From positions 1 through 64,000 of the forward strand of contig JAXLNO010005735.1 in assembly GCA_038087875.1 (NCBI GenBank): a stretch of 64,000 nucleotides of DNA, read 5' to 3'. The notes under the pieces are model-generated. The model was not told the origin of the DNA and did no database searches. It was given only the letters and a program-made list of their open reading frames with translations. The number at the start of each line of letters is the position of its first letter. Within the stretch, counting starts at the first letter, position 1. Positions 50,861 through 63,574 of this stretch are shown one piece after another. The position numbers and the translations under genes are program-made. Origin of the DNA: Malacoraja senta (Eukaryota).

Positions 50861-53800
50861 CAAGATGGCGCCTGCCTGCGGCGACTTTTGCGGAGCACCA
50901 GAACAGAAAAGGTTCACCTACAACTTCTATCAACTTACCTGCATCAGGGAAACGGCAGTAATCGGTGCCGTTTCAGACAAGCTGCTTGGGCAGCTGAATG
51001 TGCTGGCAATTTCGCGATCTCCCACAGCTGCGGGAGCCCCGGACTTTAAATTTTCCCACGCTGGCTGTGGAACTCCCGACCCGACTGAGGATCCCAGGTA
51101 CTGTACCTGGGAACCCCGGGATCACCTCCAGAGCCCACAGGCCGGATCTCCCAGGAACAATGAAGCTGGAGCTGCCGACTTTGAATGTACCCCCATTCGT
51201 TACGGAGCTGGAGCTGCCGTCTGTGAAGGAATCCCCGTCCCAGCGCAGGTCCGCAGAATCAGCAGGTACAGTGGACTCAGCACCTGGAAACAAAGGGGAA
51301 GCCTCCATTGTGTCCGGAAACGTGGCCGACGGGCAGGACTTCAGGTCAGACTGAAGCGCAGGGGACTTCGGCCCCCTCTCCCTACTATCCTACTGGCCAA
51401 CGTATAAAGTGGAGGACTTAAGGCAAGACTGCTTTATCAAAGTGAGCTGAGGGAATGACTGTGTTCTGTTTCACAGAGACATGGCTCACCCCCAGCTCCC
51501 CAGATTCAGCGGTCCAGCCTGAAGGGTTCTCCATCCATCGTATGGACCGTACACTGGCATCTGGGAAAGGGAGAGGAGGGGGCGTCTGCCTCATGGTCAA
51601 CTCTGCGTGGTGCTCAGACGTGGCAGTCCTGTCCAACTCCTGCTCTCCACACCTCGAACATCTGGCAGTGAAGTGTCGTCCCTTCTACCTTCCGAGGGAA
51701 TTCACCTCCATCATCATGACCGCGGTCTACATCCCACCCCAGGCAGACCTCCGTCTGGCACTGGGGGAGCTGCACGCCGTGGTAAACAAACACCAGACGT
51801 CTTACCCCGAGGCGTTTACCACCATAGCCGGGGACTTCAATAAGGCAAACCTAAAGAAATCACTCCCTAACTTCCACCAACATTTCTCCTGCTGCACCAG
51901 AGGATCAAACACCCTCGACCACTGCTACACAACCATCAAGAATGCCTATCGTTCTATCCCTCGCCCTCACTTCGGTAAATCTGACCATACCGCGGTGCTG
52001 CTGCTTCCTGCCTACAGGCAGCAATTAAAGAGCGCACCACTAGAGGTGTTACACTGTACAGAGCTGGTCGAGGGGGGCAGAGGAACAACTCCAGGACAGT
52101 TTGGAGTCTGTAGACTGGGCAATGTTCAAGGACTCGGCAACGGACCTGAACGAATACGCCACAGTCGTTACAGACTTCATTAAGAAGTGTGTGGACTGCA
52201 TCCCCACCAAAACCTTCCGAGCGTTTCCCAATCAGAAACCTTGGATGAACTTTGAGATCCGCACTCTTCTGAAGTCCAGACACCGGGCATTCATGTCTGA
52301 TGATACAGTGGCCTACAAGGAGTCCAGATACGACCTTGGTAAGGCCATCAAAAAGGCCAAAAGGGACTTCTGCTCCAAACTGGAGGAAGAGACTGATGTT
52401 CGCCGGCTGTGGCAGGGCCTGAATGCAATCACCTCTTACAAGGCGAAATCAGGAGGCAGCTCGAATGTCGGCGAAACATCACTCCCTGATGAGCTCAATG
52501 CGTTTTACGCACGCTTTGATAGGGAGAACACCGATGTGCCTTGCCGAGCCCCCATTCGCTGTGATGGTATTTCAGTCTCAGTCACAGAGGCCGACGTCAG
52601 GAAATCCTTCAGAGGGGTGAACCCTCGAAAAGCGCCTGGACCTGATGGTATACCTGGTCGCGTTCTAAAAACCTGTGCGGACCAACTGGCTGGAGTTTTT
52701 ACAGACATTTTCAACCTCTCACTTCTGAGGTCTGAGGTCCCCACCTGCTTCAAAAGGGCATCAATTATACCAGTGCCCAAGAAGAGTAAGGTAACGTGCC
52801 TCAATGACTATCGACCTGTGGCACTAACGCCTGTGGTGATGAAGTGCTTTGAGAGGTTGATCATGACGCAGATCAACTCCTACCTCGACAAAAACCTGGA
52901 CCCACTGCAGCTCGCTTACCGCCACAACAGATCAACGGTGGATGTGATCTCGCTGGCCCTCCACTCCGCTCTGGACCACTTGGACAACAAAAACTCATAT
53001 GTCAGGCTGTTATTCATCGATTACAGCTCGGCATTTAACACAATCATCCCCTCCAAGCTGGTTACCAAACTCGCAGAACTGGGTCTCTGCGCATCCCTCT
53101 GCAATTGGATCCTTGACTTCCTCACTCTCAGACCACAGTCTGTTCGTATTGGTGGAAATGTGTCAGACTCGATAACAATTAGCACGGGAGCACCTCAAGG
53201 CTGCGTGCTCAGTCCCCTGCTGTACTCACTCTATACTCATGACTGCGTAGCCGGACATAGTGCGAACTCCATCATCAAGTTCGCTGATGACACCACTGTT
53301 GTGGGACGTAGCACTGATGGGGATGAGTCAGAGTATAGAAGAGAGATCGAGCAACTGTCCATATGGTGCCAGCACAATAACCTGGCCCTCAACACCAGCA
53401 AAACCAAGGAACTGATTGTGGACTTTGGAAGGAGTAGGATGGGGACCCACAGTCCCGTTTATATCAACGGGTCGATGGTTGAAAGGGTCAAGAGCTTCAA
53501 ATTCCTGGGCGTGCACATCTCTGAAGATCTTTCCTGGTCCGAGAACAATGATGCCATTATTAAGAAAGCACATCAGCGCCTCTACTTCCTGAGAAGATTA
53601 CGGAGAGTCGGTTTGTCAAGGAGGACTCTCTCTAACTTCTACAGGTGCACAGTAGAGAGCATGCTGACCGGTTGCATCGTGGCTTGGTTCGGCAACTTGA
53701 GTGCCCTGGAGAGGAAAAGACTACAAAAAGTAGTAAACACTGCCCAGTCCATCATCGGCTCTGACCTCCCTTCCATCGAGGGGATCTACCACAGTCGCTG

Positions 53801-54141
53801 CCTCAAAAAGGCTGGCACCATCATCAAGGACCCACACCATCCTGGCCACACACTCATCTCCCTACTACCTTCAGGTAGAAGGTACAGGAGCCTGAAGACT
53901 GCAACGACCAGGTTCAGGAACAGCTACTTCCCCACAGCCATCAGGCTATTAAACCTGGCTCGGACATAACACTGAACTTTACTAGCCAATATGTTATTTG
54001 CACTTTATCAGTATATTGACCATTGTGTATATATTTATAGAATGCCTTGTAGTAAATGCCTACTATGTTCTGTTGTGCTCAAGCAAAGCAAGAATTTCAT
54101 TGTCCTACCAGGGACACATGACAATAAACTCACTTGACTTG
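50861..54141 (+). mobile_element. Near-full-length Rex1/Babar non-LTR retrotransposon (APE plus RT), about 2 frameshifts
   Basis: Starts CAAGATGGCG. ORFs 50865-51407, 51455-52183 (FTETWL, AGDFN, TLDHCY, SDH) and 52101-53969 (LLFIDYSSAFNTI, KFADDTT). Tail GACAATAAA..(CTTGA)n. AAC on both sides. Confidence 0.96.
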
Positions 54142-54434
54142 AACTCAGCAGGTCAGGCAACATCTCTGGAGGACATTGACAGGCGCTGTTTCAGATTGGG
54201 ACCCTACTTCAGACTGACAATAGTCACCTATCCTTTTTCTCCAAAGATGCTGCTCGACCTGTTGAGTTACTCCAGCGCTTTGTGTCCATCGTCACCTATC
54301 TATGCCCTCCAGAGTTGCGGCCTGACCTGCTGAGTTACACCAGCACTTTGGGTCTATTGTTGTTGTAAATCGGCATCAGCACCTCCTCATGTCTCCATTA
54401 CAGTCAATTGTTTCCTGCTGGTTCAATGACATCG

Positions 54435-54477
54435 CTCGACAACTGGTGACGACCCGTGGTATTTTTATTCTGATTGC
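54435..54477 (+). promoter_or_regulatory. SXY-like MHC promoter module (X1/X2 and Y-box-like)
   Basis: CGACAACTG-GTGACG (54446-54451), then 18 nt, then CTGATTGC (54470-54477, one mismatch to the Y box CTGATTGG), about 75 nt upstream of the ATG. Confidence 0.4.
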
Positions 54478-54551
54478 ATGATGAGATCCTGCTTTGATGT
54501 TGGTGAAGTTTGGCTCAGTTGCTGCTGTTGATGCGAGACGTTGTGCGTGAA

Positions 54552-54603
54552 ATGATTCTGTTCATCTTGTTGAGTTTCTTCCGCGTACAAGGGGCTCAAG
54601 CAG
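54552..54603 (+). CDS. Signal-peptide exon of a second, probably MHC-family gene: MILFILLSFFRVQGAQA
   Basis: ATG, 17 codons plus G, perfect donor CAG|GTAAGT. Same length, phase and M-x-LF-x-LL start as the leader at 7797. Confidence 0.65.
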
Positions 54604-54700
54604 GTAAGTTAATGACTCTCATTTTATTCGCTACTGGCTAAAAGCGTCTTGGCTTTATCTCAATCTTGACCGGAGGCGACTGAGTTTAAAAAAGCGCGCA

Positions 54701-54738
54701 ATACACATTCAGCGAGGAAACCCTCGCTGAATGTGTAT
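54701..54738. repeat. Perfect 17-bp-stem hairpin
   Basis: ATACACATTCAGCGAGG-AAAC-CCTCGCTGAATGTGTAT. Confidence 0.95.
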
Positions 54739-54745
54739 CAAATTC

Positions 54746-54904
54746 TGCAAATCAAAGCAGAAATTCCAGTCTGGATTGTACTGAAACAGTGGAGATTAAA
54801 CCCTTTTAAGGTCCGCATGATAGTCTGGTTCATGCGGACGTTAAAAGGGTTTAATCTCCACTGTTTCAGTACAATCCAGACTGGAATTTCTGCTTTGATT
54901 TGCA
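54746..54904. repeat. Long inverted repeat: 75-bp arms, 9-nt loop, 1 mismatch
   Basis: 54746-54820 is the reverse complement of 54830-54904 except G54810/G54840. Mirrored peptides appear in ORFs 54733+ and 54738-. Confidence 0.97.
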
Positions 54905-54999
54905 CAATGCCCCGTTTCCTTTGTGGAAGAAGGAACTGCAGATATTGGTTTAAACTGATTTTAACTCGTGTAAAACAAACAGGAGCGAGGCACTCACTA

Positions 55000-55906
55000 G
55001 GGTTTCCTCGCTGCTCCGCTCTTGCTCTCCCTTCCCCCCACATTCGTACCAAGGACAGAGTCCCCCTTGTCCTCACCTTCCACCCCATCAGCCATCGCAC
55101 AGCATATGATCCTCCCTCATTTTTGCCACCTCCAAAAGGATCCCAATACTGGCCACATCTTCCCATCTCCACCTCGTTCTGCTTTCCGTGGAGACCGTTC
55201 CCTCCGAAATTCCCTGGTTAACTCGTCCTTTTCCACCCAAACAACCCCCTCCCCAGGTACTTTCCCCTGCAACAGCAGGAGATGCAACACGTGTCCCTTT
55301 CCCTCCCCTCTCGACTCCATCCAAGGACCCAAACAGTCTTTCCAGGTGAGGCAGAGGTTCACTTGCACCTCCTCCAACCTCATCTACTGTATCCGCAGTT
55401 GCAGGTGTCAACTTCTCTACATCAGTGATGCCAAGCACAGGCTCGGCAATCATTTCACTGAACTACTCCGCTCTGTCCATCTTAACCTACCTGATCTCCT
55501 GGTTGCTCAGCACTTCAACTTCCCCTCCCATTTCCAATCTGACCTTTCTGTCCTGGGCCTCCTCCATGGTCAGAGTGAGGCCCAGTGCAAATTGGAGGAA
55601 CAGCACCTCATATTTTGCTTGGGTAGTTTACATCCCAGCGGTATGAACATTGACTTCTCTAACTTTAAATATCCCTTGCGTTCCCTCTCTATCCCCTCCC
55701 CTTCCCAGTTCTCCCACTAGTCTTAGTGTCTTCAACTACATTCTATCTTTGTCCCGTCAACTCCCCTGAAATCAGTCTGAAGAAGGGTCTCGACCCGATA
55801 GGTCACCCATTCCTTCTCTCCAGAGATGCTGCCTGCCTGCTGAGTTACTCCAGCATTTTGTGTCTACCTTTGAGTTAAACCAGCATCTGCAGTTCTTTCT
55901 TACACA
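55000..55906 (+). mobile_element. Penelope-like element 3' part (GIY-YIG plus terminal repeat with degenerate hammerhead core at about 55777)
   Basis: ORF 55022-55720: FPCNSRRCNTC, NLIYCIRS, LLYISDAKHRLG, LPDLLVAQHFN. Confidence 0.92.
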
Positions 55907-56039
55907 AAGTGCATTGTTTGACAGGTTCATGTTTATGGTCAAATGTGGGAAGAGAGTGAGGCACTAGTACAATGCGAAATCAATAAACGATTAGCACACA
56001 CTGTGGTTTTGTTATTGAGTGACAACTCTTAGCTCCAAA

Positions 56040-57250
56040 CGTGCGGTCGTCATGTTTACATGGTTTATTAATGATTTGGATAAGGGGATTGAATGTTTTG
56101 TGTCCAACTTTGCAGATGATGCTAAAATAGGTGGAGGGGCAGGCAGTGCAGAGGAAGCAAGGACTTTGCAGAAGGACTTGTTCGGGTTAGGAGAGTGGGC
56201 AGAGAAGTGGCAGATGAAATTCAGTATAGCAAAGTGTGGGAGACATGCATTTGGTAATAAGAATAAAGGCGTAGATTATTTTACAAATGGAGGGAGAATC
56301 CAGAAATCGGAGGCACACAGTGACATGGGAGTGTTGGTGCAGGACTCCCAAAAAGGTTAATTTGCAAATTGAATCGGTAGTCAGGAAGGTGATTTATATC
56401 AAGAGGACTGGAATACAAAAACAGAAATGTCATTCTGAGGCTTCAAAAGCGCTGGTCAGGCCACGTTTGCAGTGTGCAAATTTGGGCCCCCTATCTGAGG
56501 AAGGATGTGCTGGCTCTGGTTCAGAGGTTGTTTACAAGAATAATTCCATGAATGAGTGGGTTAGCATATGATGATAGTTTGACAGCACTGGGCCTCTACT
56601 CGTTGGAGTTGAGAAGGTTGAAGGGGGAACCTCATTGAAACTTACAGAATAATGAAAGGCAAAGATAGAGTGGATGTGGAAAGGATGTTTCCACTGGTGG
56701 GTGAGTCTAGGACCAGAGGTCATAACCTCAGAATTAAAGGGTGCTCTTTTAGAAAAGAGGTGAGGAGGAATTTCTTTAGTCAGAGGGTAGTTAATCTGTG
56801 GAACTCATTGCCACAGAGGGCTGTGGAGGCCAAGTTGGTGGATATTTTTAAGGCAGAGATCGACAAATTCTTGATTAGAACGGGTTATCATGGGGAGAAG
56901 GCAGGAAAATGGGATTAGGAGGCACAGATCAGCCATAATGGAATGGTGGTGTAGACTCGATGGGCCGAATGGCCTAATTCTACTCCTGTAATGTGAACGT
57001 GTACAGGTTAGGAGAGTGGGCAGAGAAGTGGCAGATGAAATCCAGTATAGCAAAGTGTGGAGACGTGCATTTTGTTAATAAGAATAAAGGCGTAGATTAT
57101 TTTACAAATGGAGAGAGAATCCAGAAATCGGAGGCACACAGTGACATGGGAGTGTTGGTGCAGGACTCCCAAAAGGTTAATTTGCAAATTGAATCGGTAG
57201 TCAGGAAGGTGATTTATATCAAGAGGACTGGAATACAAAAACAGAAAATG
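56040..57250 (+). mobile_element. CR1 RT 3' fragment followed by a local duplicate of one internal segment
   Basis: FVSNFADDAKIGG, LGEWAEKWQMKF. 56185-56429 is repeated at 57006-57250. Confidence 0.88.
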
Positions 57251-60200
57251 CCGCCCGATTTGTAAGAGTGTCAAAGGTCACAGGGAGATGACAGGAGAAC
57301 GGCATTGAAAGGGAACGATAGGTCAGCCATGATTAAATTGTGGAGTAAGCTCGATGGGCTGAACAACCAAATTCTGCACCTTTGACTTATGAAGTGAGTC
57401 AAAGTTCAGAACATGAGGGATGATCTTTTTATTTCTCCCCAGACTGGTGTGTCTGGAACCAACATTCACAGTTTAAAAATAAGGGTTCAGACATTCTTAT
57501 GGCACCAAAACAATGGTGACACTTGTGTATTGCCTAGGTTAGGTCTGCTATATGATTTTACCGTTGTATGCGAAACGAAGCATTTCACTGTACCTAGGTG
57601 CATGTGACAATAAAATATCATTGAATTCAGTGCAGTAATGAGATGAAATGTTTTCACCCAGAGGGTAATTAGTCTTTCAAATTCTCTGTCCAAGAAGGCT
57701 GTGGGCATTCAGTCAATCAAATGCTTGAGGCAGGGATAGGAAGATGCTTGGATACAAAAGGAATCCAGAATTCGGAAAAATGGTGGTCTGCTAGAGGATC
57801 GGTTATGATCTTATAGAATATCAGAGATTGGGAACAAAGGATGAATGGCACCATTTTGCTGATGTTAGGTTTGATCCCACTCCACAAGAGAGTCCAGAAG
57901 GAAAGAGAGTATAGAATGTTCAATTGTCATATGTGCTGACTACAAAACAATGACATTCATGTAGCAGACCTGTAAGACAATACAAATAGATAACACTAAA
58001 AATTCAGTTAATTGATAATCCCAATACATGTGCAAATACACCGCAAATGCTTAGTTTAACCAAAGACAGTCCTCCATAGGTCTACAGGGTCCGACTCGAC
58101 ACTTTACCTATCCATGCTGCCTGATCTGCTGAGTTACTCCAACACTTTATTTTGTTCATTAATCATAGCTGAGTTTAGTGTAGTTCAGGGTTCAATATAC
58201 GGGAAGATTTTAATGATCACATTCCAACACGCATCTCCAGAGCCAAACAAAACAATGACATTCTCCTTTGATGGTAATAATCTAATTTGGTGAAAGGGGA
58301 AACAGGCATAGATATAAAGAATAACATTTATAGCAGTTCCAATGTAGGAAAATGCTTCAATGAGATTCGTAAGAATATTATTCTGTAACATTTTACTTCG
58401 AGCAGTATAATGGCATGACATGACAATTAGCAAAATAAACATTTAAGGTGCATCTTAAAGGAAGGGATATTTAGAGAGCAATTCTATGACTTAGGCCTGC
58501 TCTTTAGATGAAATACTTAAATTTGTGAATAATCAGGAAGTTATACTGCCCGGTTCATCGTGGGTTCTGACCTCACCACCATCGAAGGGATCCACACGAG
58601 ACGCTGCCTCAAAAAGGAAGGCAACATCATCCCCCTGGCCACGCTTTCATTACCTCCCACCATGGGGAAGAAAGTATAGGTGTTTGAAAACCATGACCTC
58701 CAGGTTCAAAAATAGCTTCTTCCCAACAACTATCGTGCACTTGAACGCTACACAACGCTAACCTCAACTGTGAAATTGTATGGACTGTATGCATGCCGAG
58801 GGAGGAGCTGCGTCGGAAGGAACTGCAGATGCTGGTTTAAACCGAAGATAGACACAAAAAGCTGGAGTAACTCAGCGGGTCCGACAGCGACTCTGGAGAA
58901 AAGGAATAGGTAGCGTTTCAGGTCGAGACCATTCTTCAGACTGATAGTCAGGGGAAAGGGAAACGAGAGATACAGGGGGTGATATAGAGAGATATAAGAA
59001 CAAATGATTGAAAGATTTGCTTTGAATGAAAGAGCTGTTGGTCTTACATATTTAAATACAATGATCAGAGTTTAAAATCTGAATATTATTCAATCAGAAA
59101 GATGATGGGTGAATGGGATGGAGCAAGTTAGCACAATGATGACAAAGTCTGAAGAAGGGCCTCAATCTGAAACATCACCCATTCCTTCTCTCTAGAGATG
59201 CTGCCTGTCCCACTGAGTTATTCCAGCATTTTGTGTATATGGCTAAGTGCTGGAGTAACTCAGCTGGTCAGGCAGCATCTCCGGAGAACGTGGCTAGATG
59301 ACATTTAGGGTAAACACCCTTCCCCAAAGTGAAGAAGGGGTCTTGACCCGAAACATCTATCCATCATCACATATCCGTGATCTCCAGGGATGCTGCCGGA
59401 CCCACTAAGGTGCTCCAGCACTTTGCGTCTCTTTGTGAACCAACATTTGTAGTTCCTTGTTTCTTCAATGTAAATTGACTGTCATTTGTAGGTAAGTGAT
59501 AGAATCTGGAGAGAGATGATGGGAACTTGCAGAGAATAAGAATGAGTTGATCAAGAGCAAGAGTTTAATTGTCATCTGTACTGGCAATGGAACAATGAAA
59601 TTCTTATACACATATTAAATATACAACAATCAATGGTAAAATAAATTACTATTAGTTATACTAGGTAACCAGACCATAACAGTGGACAAACAAACGTCCT
59701 TACTGCAACCAAAATAAAGTCCATCACAGATCAGAGTTGTTGAGGTAAGGTTGTGGTTAGTGTTGTGCAGTGTTTAAATGCCTGCTGCTCATGAGAAAAA
59801 AGCTGCTCTTAAACCTGGAGCTAACAGTTCTCAGGCTCTCTAACCTCAGAGACAGTTGATTGTTCAAAGGTATTTTATTTGTGGCAAGTACCGAGGTACA
59901 GTGAAATTCATTATTGTATACAGTTTAGTACAAGTATCACTATATATAAGTCCTTAGATACATCTTAGATAAGCATCTCGGATACAGTATAAGTGTATAG
60001 CAGTAGTACGCTGAGACAGTATACAGTGTCGCCAGTTTATGGTGCCATTTTCACGTCCCAGTTGTTGTAAGTGAGGGTTCTTGGGTTGACCATGAGGCCC
60101 ATTGTCCTGGTGTTGTTGCAGGGTTGACCTGTCCAATCGAAGCTGTGGTGTCCTCTACTGCTGCAGGGCGCAACTGGTCCATGTGCCCGGCCTCTTGGAG

Positions 60201-62212
60201 CAGCACCTGGAACAGCCGAGCCCCAGGCTGCTGCAGGGCCTCCAGCACCCACACCACTGTTGAGGCAGTCCATTCCCTCCCGCAGCCTGTCTGCCTATAA
60301 GCCATCCATCTGACTCCTTCCACTCTGGGCGGGCAAGCTGGGCCTTCCAGGTGGGTCCTCCATCCACGGTCCACAGCGAGCAAGAACTCAGTCCGTGATG
60401 GATGGGCCAGATCTTCCGGGCGAATTCCTGGTCCAGGGTGGCCGGCCCTGAGAGTATGGCCAGGGTGGTGTGGGTCTCTGATGATATTAGCTGTCTTTCT
60501 GAGGCAGCACCTCCTGTAGATCTATTCAATGGTGGGATGGAATGGTATGGAATGAGTGCTTCATGGTCAGAGTGGACTGTCGGCTGAAGGTTCTATTTGT
60601 GTGTCTCTGTGACTATATGTGTGGAGAAGGCTTCAAAAGAGTAGGCGAAGGGGCATTCTAAATGATGGGATGCACATATCATTGTAAACGGGGCCCTCAA
60701 AGTATTGATCTGTAAAATGCTAAATCTGCATTTCATTGCAGGGGACTAGTGTTTAATGGTAGCCAATCCACATAAACACTTGTCTCGTCTATGGAGAGTT
60801 TTGCAGACTGCTCCAATTACAATAAATTAATATATAACGAGTGGGGTACAAGAAGATACATTCCTTTTATCCATAGATGCTGCCTGTTCCACTGCGTTAC
60901 TCCAGTATTTTGTCTCTATCTTTGGTGTAAGCCAGCATCTGCAGTGCCTTCCTACACAGACACAAGAAGGATCCCAACAATGAGTTCTGTTTGTATGGAG
61001 TTGATACGTTCTCCCTGTGACCGCTCGGCTTTCCTCTGGGTGCTCAGAGGGCAGTGGAGGCCGGTTCTCTGGATACTTTCAAGAGAGAGCTAGATAGGGC
61101 TCTTAAAGATAGCGGTGTCAGGGGATATGACAAGAAGGCAGGAACGGGGTACTGATTGGGGATGATCAGCCATGATCACATTGAATGGCGGTGCTGGCTC
61201 GAAGGGCCAAATGGCCTACTCCTGAACCTATTGTCTATTCTCTATTGTCTATTGTTTCGTCCCACGTTCCAAAGACGTGTGGGTTTGTAGGTTTATTGGC
61301 CGCTGTAAATTGCCCCTAGTGTGTAGGATGTGAAACAGGGAAAACATAGAACTAGTGTATGGGTGATTGATGGTCAGTGAAGACTCAGTGGGCAGAAAGG
61401 CCAGTTTCCATGCTGCATCTGTTAAAAAAGATTGGTGAGCATGATACCCGAATTCAAACGTCACAGAGAAACCAACACATTTTAGTTTGTACAGACAAGA
61501 ACACCCAAGAATGTTTGTATTCAAACAGACCAACAAAGTAATAAAGGTTTGCAGGTACAAAGACCAACAGTGAGCATTGCTTAATCTAATCTTATACTCA
61601 GAACATTGTAGACGTAGGGCATTCAGCACAGGGAGGCTGTCCCATTGAGGGGGACGAGAACAAATGAGGTACTGTGGGGATGGGGGCGCCACCAAGAATG
61701 AAGGGGGAACTGGTGGGGATGGTGTCTGCTGCCATGTGCGGCAACAGGCAGTGGATAGGACTGTTCGGTACTTTGTAACTTTGTCTGCGCCAACACATGA
61801 CGACATATTTGTACTGCCTAGGTTCAGTTTAATTTATTGTCACGTGTACCGAGATACAGTGAAAAGCTTTTTGTTGCTTACTAACCAGTCAGTAGAAAGA
61901 CAATACATGATTACAATCAATGCATTTACAGGGTAGAGACACATGATAAAGGAATAATGTTTAATGCAAGGTGAAGCCAGCAAAGTCCGGTCAAGGATAG
62001 ACTGAGGTTGTGTGGAAAACAAAGCATTTCACTATACACAGATACCTTGGGTACATGTGACAATAGAGTATCATTCAATCATTCTTTCATTCATCAGTCC
62101 TATTCCTCCCAATTTATTTTCCATATAACACTGGCACCCATGGCCGCCAATGCTCCTTTGATTTTCTTTGCCATTTACGTGTGTTGATCTGGCTAATGGG
62201 TTTTGTGAAGTA

Positions 62213-62525
62213 CAGCACAGTGGTGCAATGGTAGAGAGTTGCTGCCTCATAGCGCCAGAGACCCAGGTTCAATCCTGACTTCAGGTCTGTCTATGTGGAG
62301 TTTGCACATTTTCACTGTGACCTAGTGGGTTTCCTCCAGGTGTTCCGGTTCCCTCCCACAACCCAAAGGCATGCAGCTTTGTAGGTTAATTGGCCTATGT
62401 AAATTGCCCCTAGTGTATAAAGAGTGGACAAGAAAGTGGAATAACTAGAGTGAATGGGAGATCAATGGTCAGCATGGACTCAGTGGGCCGAAAGGCCTGT
62501 TTCCGCTATAACTCTAAACTAACCT
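62213..62525 (+). mobile_element. HE1-type tRNA SINE
   Basis: A box TGGTGCAATGG, B box GGTTCAATCC, CR1-like tail. Confidence 0.8.
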
Positions 62526-63574
62526 TAAAACCCACTAAAATTACTGATTTATTGCAAGTAGCTAGATTCAAAACTATTTAAACTACTGAAGACGGGTCCT
62601 GACTCAAAACATTACCTGTCCATTCCAGCCACAGATGCTGCCTGACTCACTGAGTTCCTCCAGTATTTCATTGCTCAAGATTCCAACATGTCTCGATATA
62701 TAACTACTTGTTTGAATAACACTGTTGTTTCGTATTTTTATGATCTTTTTACGGTAGAATTGCATGCTGAAATGTTCATACCTTGAACATAGTTGAAAAG
62801 GACAGTAATTCATTAATGCATGCAGGAATAGTATTATTAAAATTGACTTTAGTAAAATACCGAATACACTGGCAATATGCAGTAGGTCAGGCCGCATCTG
62901 TGGGCAGGAAAGCAGAGCTAATGTTTCAGGCCAGAGACCCTTCAGGACTGGGAAGGAGGAGAAAGAAGAAAGGGGGAACTGAAGATGCTGGTTAACATAA
63001 AAAGATACAGTGTTGGAATAACTCAGTGGGACAGGCAGCATTACTGGAGAGCGTGGGATGCTAAGGTTTTGGGTCAGGACCATTCTTCAAACTGATTGTG
63101 GGGGTAAATAAAGCTAGAAGAGAGGAAGGGCAGAACAAAGTATGGCAGATGATAGGTGATAGATACCAAAATGAGAGAGCAGTCCTGAACTACTATCTGC
63201 ATCATTGGTGACCCTCGTACTTTCTTTGATCGGACTTTACTGGCTTTACATTGCACTAAATGTTATTCCCTCATCATGTATCTCTACACTGTAAATTGTT
63301 AGTTTGTAATCATGTATTGTCTTTACGCTGACTGGTTAGCAGGCAACAAAAGCTTTTCACTGTACCTCTGTACACGTAACAATAAACTAAACTAAAATGT
63401 TGCAGAGAGGATTTTCCGACAGGCAAATGATTGGACAAAGGCCAGAGATGAAAAGACAAAAGGAATTAAAGAATGGTGAATTGTGAAAATAGAGGAATGG
63501 ATGAAGGGGACGGGGGAGGGCAGAAATAGATGCAAGTCCAGATGGGGCACAGGGGAGGGCAAGAAATGGGGGGG

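Noticed and set aside
58169-58442. Minus ORF with GPCR TM7-like 'AINVILY', and plus frame with class II-like 'TFSFDG'
   Set aside because: AT-rich sequence yields hydrophobic residues by default. The plus frame has several stops, and no other GPCR helices or MHC motifs are present.
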